Part shown: positions 50,628 through 64,000 of the stretch, piece after piece | Numbering within the stretch: position 1 is the stretch's first letter | Layout: each line of letters starts with the position of its first letter | Source: the human T2T-CHM13v2.0 reference genome, Homo sapiens | Assembly (NCBI RefSeq): GCF_009914755.1 | Contig: NC_060935.1 | Length of the DNA stretch: 64,000 bases | Direction: 5' to 3' (one strand) | The notes under the pieces: generated by a model | Seen by the model: the letters and a program-made list of their open reading frames with translations, nothing else | Database searches by the model: none | Told to the model about the DNA's origin: nothing | Position numbers and translations under genes: made by a program

Positions 50628-52864
50628 GGAGACCTCCACATGAAGATAAATTTTTATCACAATTTTTAAAAGGCAACTTTGACTGCAACATGAAGAATGG
50701 ACTGGAGGGGGCTAAGAATGAAGAGAGGGAGACAGTCAGGTGCTGATGCAGTGATTCCAGTGAAGACATGGTTGCCTGGATTAGGAGGATGGTGCTGCAG
50801 ATGAAAGGAAGTGAACAGAGTAGAGAGGAAAGAAATGGAATTGACAGGATTTACTGATTGGATGAGGGTAGAAGGGGAGGGAGAAGTTAAGGACGAAAGC
50901 GAGATTTTTGAGTTTGGCAACTGGGTGAGGGGTAGTGCCATCCACTGTGAGGAAGGCTAGCAGAGGAGCCATTTGGGAAGAGGATAAGATAAGCTCAGTT
51001 TTGGAAATGTGGAGTTTGAAGTTCCAGTGGGATAGGGACATGGAGAGATATGGGAGTTTGATGGACCTTTGTCTCCAGATCCCATTATTTTCCCACAATG
51101 CCTGGCTAATTTAGAGTCTCCATCTGCAGAGGCTGTCAGAAACCCAGAGACTGTCAGATCAAACCGTTGAGATTGCCTGCTTCATCTCTCTCACAGTTCA
51201 GGTGAGAAAACAAGCCTGAGAGAAGTGGCTTCTGGAGGTCACAAGCCAAGTGGATGACTGAGCTGAAACCCAAGCCCAGGTCTTCCCAGAGGGCTTCTTC
51301 CCTGTCACCCCACAGTACCCTGAGCCAGAGGGTGCAGACTACAAACCTGAGGCTGAATCCAGACTCTAGTAGGGCCCTGTTTGGCCTGCAATGAATTCAG
51401 ATTGGTGGCCACCATAGAAAAAATTGGAGCATTTCAAATATAAATCCATATTTTTAAAAATAACAGAAAGTTTGGGAACTTCAGGCTCACATCTCTACAT
51501 GACAGTGACCACATGGAGCTGGATAGCAGTTGCTCCTCTGAGGCAGAGCAAGTCCAGGTTGCCACAGTGCCCATTCTTGCCTCCATCACTGAGGGCATGT
51601 GCTATTTGCCATTTATCAAATGTTTGCTCTGTTGTTTTTCTTAAAGGGGAAAGTCACACATTTCCTGTAATATATCTAAAGTATCTCTTATCTGACCCCA
51701 GCTTGCTTAATTTCCTTGGCCCCTGCAAGCATTTGAGTTATGATCTTGCCCCTTCTGCTCTGAACCATGCATCCTTCATTTGCAAAGTGAGTAATTTTAA
51801 TGTGGTGATTCCAAGGCCCTCTCTAGTTCTGGCTTCCAGGGCTCTCCAAGTCTGCACTTCAGAAATGAGTTGTGCTATTGACAATGCTTAATTGTTCTGC
51901 AGATGGTTTTTGAGGGATTGCTCACCCTTGACTCTTTTGTCCTTGATTTATAATTTATCTCAGTCCTTGGAAAAAATGTCTTTTGTTTTGGGAGTTTATC
52001 CTTCATCTTTGAACAAAATGAATACTTCAAACAATGCAGCATAGCTGCAGTTGCTAGGAAGACAGAGCAGCAACAGAAGCTGCCTGGATACAAGGCCATC
52101 AGAAAACTCTCATTTTTCCCTCCCTCCCTCCCTCCCTTGCTTCCTTCCTTCCTTCTTCCCCTCTTCCCACCCTCTTTCCCCTCTTTTCAGTGAAGATATC
52201 ACACTAAGTAAATAACCGCTTCTACAAAGACCAGTCTTAGTCATCAATAGAGTTTAGGTTGTCCTGAATCCAAAGGGTTATTTCTACAGACAACTTCCAA
52301 CAAGCCAAACAATTAAATAGTCAGTGAAATAATCTCCTGGGTTTTATCCCAGGCTTTGCGTCTAGATAGTCATTTGACTTTGGGCAAGTAATTGTTAAGT
52401 TTTCTCTGGGCCTCAGTTTCCCCACGTGTAAAATAGAAGAGTGGAGGAATGGCTGACGCCCTTGCAGCTTCTTCTAGCCTGGACAGTTTACAAGGAGACT
52501 GCCAGAGATTTAGACAGCGAGGTAGCGCCTACGGGTAACTTCTCTATGACTCTAAATCCAGGTGAGCGAGGCCCTGGGACCCCTTCACCTAGAAGCCATA
52601 CTACTCAGCTCCACGTCTGTGGCCTCTGGCTCTCTGCTGGCTCCCTAGTAAGTGGTAAAGGAGTGCTTTCTCTCCACCTTTCTCACTAGATGGGATGTTC
52701 TCCAAGAATCAACTTTGCTCTGTAATATTTCTTTTGATGTCATAACTTTGTTGTAGGAAGGGCCAGTGACAGGACCTAAATGTCTCTGATTGTTTATTCT
52801 TCAAGTCCTGCATCTCAGATTCTGCAGGTCCCCGGCAGCAGGAATGTGATGATGTAAGCAACAA

Positions 52865-52883
52865 GTGCGCCCTCTGGTGCCAT
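52865..52883 (-). promoter_or_regulatory. CTCF core motif
   Basis: Minus strand ATGGCACCAGAGGGCGCAC in a repeat-poor patch. Confidence 0.6.
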
Positions 52884-54096
52884 ATATAAAACTTGCGAAA
52901 AGGATCTGCCATTACGTAACTGAATTTAATAAATCCCGTTTCTGTCTAACCCACAAGTTAGGATAAAAATGGACCTAAATATACTGTAAGGTAAGATACT
53001 GCCTACAAATTGGAAGCCTATTGTTTCTGAATCTTGCATTTTCCCTTTCAGAGATGACTTTTGCTCATTTGGCATGCCACCCTTGCCCCTCAGTTCTTGA
53101 CTTGGTAGCTGGGGTAGAGGATATATCGAGTACAACACTGCCCTCCTCTAGTCATACCTGCCTCTCAGTGAAACAATGGAATGGATTATTTTAGGAGCAA
53201 TCAGCTCTCAATTGCTAGACTTGTAGAAGCAGATTCTGCATGAGTCCTTTTTGAGAATGCTATAAAATGGAGGGGTAAGGTTATTCAAACAAGCAAATAT
53301 TTGTTGAGTACTTACTATGTTCCAGAAACTTTCCAGAGTGACAGGTATACAGTTGTGAACAAAACAAACTCCTTGTTTTAGGAGCATACCTTTTATTGGG
53401 AGAAACGGCCTCCAATATTCTTTTCTAACCAGAGATTCTAAGATTCATCAATTCACAGTAATGGTACTGTGGTTTGGCAAGAATATGTAACGATGATTTT
53501 GGCCAGAGACTCAGGGCCCTAAGGGGATTTGTACATCACAGCGAAAGCAGCTGAGGTTTCTGGACATCACCTTGACAGACAGGAGCCACACCACTAGGGG
53601 CTGTTCTGGGTCCTGAAAGTGGACTCCAAGGGAATCTGGTTCAATGTTTTTATTCTTGGAGTACAAATGGTCCTGGGTGTGGCCTATGGGAAAGAGGGAA
53701 GGAGACAGAAGAACATGTACAAGCATCAGAAGTGGCATATATACACAATCACCAGAGCTGGAAGACATTTTAGAGATGATCTTTTATAACATACCTATTT
53801 TAGTGATGGAGCAACTGAGACCCAGAGAGAAGTGCCTTGCCCGAAATCATAATCAATGGTCATTAGCAAATAGGAATTAAAAATTGAATTTGTATTTATT
53901 GATAAGGAGACCAAGCGTAGTACAAATAAATGTAAATATTGTGATTTTAACTTCGATTAAAAATAACGTGTGGTTGTCTTTTGGAGGTGAGATTGTAAGG
54001 GTTTTAAATTTTCTTTGGTATATATTGATGTATTTTGAAAAACATTCTACAATGAGAATGGATAATTGTAAAATAAAAATAATTTTATTCAAAAGA

Positions 54097-54562
<466 letters not shown>

Positions 54563-55869
54563 TAATAACTGTTGACATTGCTAATCTCCCCAGTATGCAG
54601 TCTTCTTATTCTGGACATAGAGCAGAATTACCCTTCCTTGATCTTGCAGTTATTGTAGGATAATATGACTAATTCTGGTCAATGGGCAGTGACCCATGTG
54701 ATCAATGGAGATGATCCGGGTTGCCTCAGAGTTGCAGCATTTAATTTCCAGTGTGAAATTTTTTTCACAATGAACTTTAAACCTCCTGTCAAGATGGAGG
54801 TGCCTCAGAATGGAAGCTGCCTGCACTGCTGAGTGGTGAATGTGGAGGACAGCTGCCCTGAGGAGTTGTCCAGACATGCTGTAAACTTTGTATGAACAGG
54901 AGTTTAACCTCTACTGTGTTAAATCACTGAGATTTTGGTATCATTTGTTGCAACAGTGTAACCTAGTCTACTCCAACTGTTGTAAGAGTGTAACCTAGTC
55001 TATTCTGACTAATATAGTAACATGTTTACCTTAGTAATAAAAAGAATTGTTACCATTTTATAAAATGTAATCAATTAAACAAGTACCGTATTCAAAAATT
55101 TTCATGTCAGAATTTCAGAAAGTCACATTAAATTACATTTGTAATAAATGATCATGCTATGCCTGGTTTAAAATCAAGATCACTTTTTCAATTAAGAGAT
55201 ATTGATTTGTGATAAATTGTTAACTGAACCATAGACTTGTAATATTGGCAGGAACCTCAAAATTTCATTTTGCATATCCCACCCACAAGTTCATATACGG
55301 GTATGTCTAAACCATCCAATACAACTGAGTTGTCTAAACCAATGGGTTCCAAAACTTCCATCATCAGAAATATTATAACTTAAATAAAAGAGGAGACTCC
55401 TAAGTCAGACTTCTGGAATTTTGGTTAAGGAGATCTAGGACAGGACCTGGGAAATGGCATTTTAAAAACTGTACCATGTGATTTCAGTCACAGGGAGGAT
55501 TGGGAATCCCTGGTCCAGAACATAACTTTGAAATGATCATTACTTCAATTTAAGCTTCACTTAAACTTTGTGCCCATGTTGAAATTGAGATCACTTTTGT
55601 AATTTCAGGCCACGTTCTCCAGAAGCAGAATCTGAGGTGGGGATTCATGTGCATGTGATTTACTAAGGAGTGCTCTCAGGGGAAGCCTGTAAGGGAATGG
55701 GGAAAGGAGGACAGGGAAGGGGAAGAATCAGGAACACATTCTATGATTTAATGATTTGAAAATGAAACAAACATTTTATTAAATACAGAAATGATGGTAT
55801 GGTGGAAAAAACATGGGCTTCAGAATTAGATAGACCTGACATGAAAAAATTTAAATTATTAATACTATG

Positions 55870-59235
<3,366 letters not shown>

Positions 59236-59247
59236 CTGACAGGCTGG

Positions 59248-59552
59248 TTTCTTTTCTTTCTTTCCTTCCTTCCTTCCTGCCTTCCTGCCTTCCTGCCTTC
59301 CTGCCTTCCTGCCTTCCTGCCTTCCTGCCTTCCCGCCTTCCCGCCTTCCCGCCTTCCTGCCTTCCTTCCTCTTCCTTCCTGCCTTCCTGCCTTTCTGCCT
59401 TTCTGCCTTCCTTCCTCTTCCTTCCTCTTTCTTTCTTCTGATGGGGTCCCAGTTTGTTGCCCAGGCTGGTATCAAACCCCTAGCCTCAAGCAATCCTCCT
59501 GCCTCAGCCTCTAAAAGTGGTGGAATTACAGGTGTAAGCCACCATGCCCAGC
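59248..59552 (-). repeat. Alu monomer (59438-59552) with an expanded (CCTT/CCTGCCTT)n tail
   Basis: Tandem 8-bp CCTGCCTT/CCCGCCTT units at about 59276-59410. Confidence 0.9.
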
Positions 59553-59699
59553 TTGTGATATTTTTAATGCCTGCAAATCTTTGCCTCTAGCAATACTGTG
59601 CTCTCTTATCTATCTCTGTAGATTCTTCTCAGTCAGGAGCCACTGGCTGATACTCCGACCTTGCTGCCCATTGTGGTAACTATGTTCTTCTGATTATTA

Positions 59700-60290
59700 T
59701 TATTATTATTTTTTATTATTATACTTTAAGTTTTAGGGTACATGTGCACAGTGTGCAGGTTAGTTACATATGTATACATGTGACATGCTGGTGCACTGCA
59801 CCCACTAACTCGTCATCTAGCATTAGGTATATCTCCCAATGCTATCCCTCCCCGCTCCCCCCACTCCACAACAGTCCCCAGAGTGTGATGTTCCCCTTCC
59901 TGTGTCCATGTGTTCTCATTGTTCAATTCCCGCCTATGAGTGAGAATATGCGGTGTTTGGTTTTTTGTTCTTGCGATAGTTTACTGAGAATGATGATTTC
60001 CAATTTCATCCATGTCCCTACAAAGGACATGAACTCATCATTTTTTATGGCTCCATAGTATTCCATGGTGTATATGTGCCATATTTTCTTAATCCAGTCT
60101 ATCATTGTTGGACATTTGGGTTGGTTCCAAGTCTTTGCTATTGTGAATAGTGCCACAATAAACATACGTGTGCATGTGTCTTTATAGCAGCATGATTTAT
60201 AATCCTTTGGGTATATACCCAGTAATGGGATGGCTGGGTCAAATGGTATTTCTAGTTCTATATCCCTGAGGAATCGCCACACTGACTTCC
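59700..60290 (-). mobile_element. Young 5'-truncated L1PA (L1PA2/3-like), about 590 bp
   Basis: Near-consensus ORF2 C-terminus (SVWRFLRD..EIPFDPAIPLLGIYP..FSLIGGN*) plus 3' UTR. GATGACGAG diagnostic, so not L1HS-Ta. Perfect 17-bp TSD TGTTCTTCTGATTATTA at 59683 and 60291. Confidence 0.95.
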
Positions 60291-61616
60291 TGTTCTTCTG
60301 ATTATTAATGCTGCTGTTTGGCCCCTTCAACTCCAGAATCCTATTATTCCCCTGACACCAAAGATCCCAGCATCTCCTACTGTCACTCCAGCCTTCAGAG
60401 GACAGCTACCACTCAGCTCCTCAGCCATACTGACACCACCCTCATTGTTCATTCCTTATTATCTTGGTAATGGTTCATTTCCCTGGGCTGTTCTGAGGAG
60501 CAGAGCCTGAAGTGTGTATTGTGCAAGTGATAATTAATGGACTGTTCTCAGGAGAAACCTGTAAGAGGGTGAGGGAAGCAGAATAGGGAAGAGGCAGAGC
60601 TAAGCATGGAAATGGTTTCAGGTAAAGTCAAGTCTCATCTTGATTTTGAGTATAAACTGGGATGTGGAATCTGTCTCATCTTGAGGCAAGAAAGAAGGTC
60701 TTTGTAACTTTCCCCTAGGTCAGGCATCTCACAAATTGTGAGGTGGCTCCACTTGCCTAAGGACAATTCTCTGGGGAAAGTTGCAGGTATGAGCTATTAG
60801 CAGTGGCACCTGCACCAGGTGATAAATGGACAGATGGTACCAAATTAATAAAATAAATCAGTGGCTCTGGATGTGTCACCAACAGTGTCTGCTATATCTG
60901 GATAAGCTTCAACCCTCATTAACTCTGTACTTATCTTGCATCTGTACTCTCACAGCTGAACGTGGCTGGAGGAGGAATTTTGCTGAATAATATCACTATA
61001 TAAATGATAAACAGACCCAAGTAAATCCTTAATGCTGCCCAGCAATTATGTACACTTCTCTAGTCCACTCATGTCTTGTTGTCCTAGGTGACTACTCCAT
61101 GGCTATCCTTTTCCTTAAACCTGTGACACCTTCTCCATTATTCTCACTGTCAGTTGATGACCATGACTGATGACTATTTCAACAGCAACAATCAGAAGAG
61201 AAATTCCTCAAAACTCCACTTCTATTACTTACCAGCATCATTAACCATGTACTCTGCCTTCCCTTCTATTACTAAGGTCAACCACCAACTCCATGCAGTA
61301 GGAGAGTGGGCAGCTGGAGGATGGATCCCCACTCAGACAGCATTGCTGGGGGATTGGTGAGAGCAGGAGAAGAAATATTTTGACCACTCTTTCCTGCTTT
61401 CTGATCTCCTGGTGCCTCCCATTGCAGAACCAAGAAAGCCCATGTGTGTAGTTTGTGGAAGACAGCCTCCTGGGACACAGAGAAAAGCGCAAGATAATTG
61501 GTGGCGGTGGATGCAAAAGGACAACCACCAGCACAAATGTGTTCTGTAGTGATGGTTTCCAAATTCACATCTTCAGGAGAACCTCTTAATTCCAGACTCA
61601 CATATCTAATTGCCTG

Positions 61617-62605
61617 TTGTATTAGTTTTTCTACTGCTGCATAACAAATTACCATGCATTTAGAGGCTTAAAACAACAAATATTTATTGTTCCTCCATTT
61701 CCATGGGTCAGAGGTCGGAGTATGGCTTCACTGGGTGCTCTGTTCAGGCTCCCACAAGGCTGCAATTGAGCACTTGGGTTGGGGCTGTGGGTCTCATCTG
61801 AGGCTCAGGGTTCTCTTTTAAGCTCACTGGCTGTTGACAGAATCCAGTGTTCTCCATAACATAGCACTTTGCTTTGTCAAGGCCAACAGGTGAACATCTC
61901 TGGGGTTTCCTCTCTGACAGTTAGACTGTCTTTGAAGGTCTCACCTGATTAGGTCATTCTCACCCAAGATAGGCTCCCTTTATCTCCTACTATTAGACCA
62001 TTCTTGCATTGATATAAAGGAATACCTGAGACTGGGTAATTTATAAAGAAAAGAGGTTTAATTGACTCTTGGTTCTGCAGGCTGTATAAGCATGGCACCG
62101 GCATCTGCTCAGCTTCTGGTGAGAGCCTCAGGGAGCTTTTACTTATGGTGGTAGGTGAAGTGGGAGCATGTGTGTCACATTGCAATAATGGGAGAAAGAG
62201 AGAGGGGGAGAGGTGCCATGCACTTTTAAACAACCAGATCTCATGAGAACTCACTCACTGTCACAAAAACAGCACCAAGACATTCATGAGGAATTTACCC
62301 CCCATGATCCAACCACCTCCAACCAGGCCATACCTCCTCCAACACTGGGGATTATATTTTAACATGAGATTTGGAGAGGTCAAATATCCAAACCATATCA
62401 CTCCCTTTAGTTGTAACTTAATTACAACAGAGAAATTCCTTAACCTTTGCCCTATAACATCACATAATCAAGGGAGTGATATCCCGTAACCTTTGTCATA
62501 TTCTACTAGTTAAAAGTAACTTAAAGATTCCATCCACATATGAGGGGAGGGGATTATACAAGGGAGTGCATCATGAGGAGTCATTTTAGGATTTTGCCTG
62601 CTGTA
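61617..62605 (-). mobile_element. MLT1 LTR with a nested MST LTR (about 61989-62400)
   Basis: TGTATTAGTTTTTCTACTGCTGCATAACAAATTACC (MLT1) and TATAAAGGAATACCTGAGACTGGGTAATTTATAAAGAAAAGAGG (MST). Confidence 0.85.
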
Positions 62606-63298
62606 CCTGTCACCTGTTACCTACATTTATTTACGTGCTCAAACTAACTGAAATCTTGATCTCTACTTGTAAATCACCTCCTCCAACAGACTTCTCCATC
62701 TCATTCAATGGCAACATCATCCTTCTGCTTGCTTGGTCCTCACATCCCAAATACATCTTGTCTCCTCTCTTTCCCTCATCCCTTTTATCCAATCTTTAGC
62801 CCTACTTTCAACATCTAAGAAGAGTCTGATCACTTCTACTGCTACTACCATGGTAACTGGTTTCTCTCTCTCTTTTCCACTTCATTGCAGCTACTCCCTA
62901 TTGGCCTCTTCTTCCATTCTCTTATATTTTCATAACACAGTAGACTGTGTCTCTGTTGAAGTGTCACTTCTCTGCTTCTAGCACTCTGGTGGCCTTCATC
63001 TCACTTAGAGTAAAGGCAAATTCCTTATGTGATTGGGTCCTGTTACCTCATAGCACTCCTTTCACACTTTTTGTCCTAATTCAGTCCACTCTAGTCACAA
63101 TGGCCACCCTGCTGCTCCTAGCATGCAGTAGGCATTTGCTGTGCCCACAGATGCCCACAGGATTCAATTCCTTCCTTCACTGAATGGAAATCTTTGCTCA
63201 ATATTTGCTGTTATTGGTTAGACTTCCCTGAATATCTTAGTTATATTCACAACTCTCCAACTCCCTACTCACTTTTATCTTTTTAAAAAATTAATTTA

Positions 63299-63600
<302 letters not shown>

Positions 63601-64000
63601 TTATAATTGACAATAATTGTGTATATTCATGGGGGTATGAAGTGGTGTTTTGATCTATGTATATGTTATAGAAAGATTCAAACAAGCTAATTAACATCTC
63701 CATCATCTCACCAGTTTATCATTTTTTGTAGTGAGAATGCTAAAACATCTATTTTAGTAATTTTGAAATACACCATAAAATTATCATTAACTGTGGTCAC
63801 TATGCAGTACAATAGATCACAAAAGCTTATGCCTCCAGTCCAACTGAAGCTTTGTACCCTTTGATCAATATCTTCCTTTTCCCCATGCTATCCCGTCCAA
63901 CCAACAGCCTCTGCTAATCACCTTTCTACTCTGTTTCTCTGAGATTAACTTTTTTAGATTCCACATATAAGTGAGATCAGTGTGCCTGGTTTATTTTACT
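63601..64000 (-). mobile_element. L1M 3' end (continues past the window edge)
   Basis: AATTGACAATAATTGTGTATATTCATGGGG..TTTTAGATTCCACATATAAGTGAGATC. Confidence 0.85.

Noticed and set aside
54955-55011. Tandem AGTGTAACCTAGTCTA duplication
   Set aside because: A small slippage duplication at the end of an old LTR-like element, with no sign of function.

Overview
Primate (very likely human) genomic DNA rich in Alu, MIR, L1, L2 and MaLR LTR repeats. It contains the 5' end of PTPN5 (STEP, striatal-enriched protein tyrosine phosphatase) on the minus strand. A CpG-island promoter and ATG-free exon 1 have their donor at 41564. Exon 2 (21974-22106) carries Met1 and exon 3 spans 15842-15918; spliced together they read MNYEGARSERENHAADDSEGGALDMCCSERLPG, which I recognise as the human STEP61 N-terminus. 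The remaining exons should lie left of the window, and about 43-64 kb is repeat-dominated upstream DNA. None of the supplied ORFs is a convincing gene. The best leads are a strong-Kozak uORF whose stop overlaps Met1 inside an exon whose acceptor comes from a MIR, a compact cluster of frame-compatible candidate cassette exons with UGCAUG motifs in intron 3, three CTCF motifs, a 103-bp direct repeat and an Alu whose A-tail is replaced by a G-tract. Gene identity and repeat families come from recall, not from searches, and I found no evidence for a wholly new biological system.
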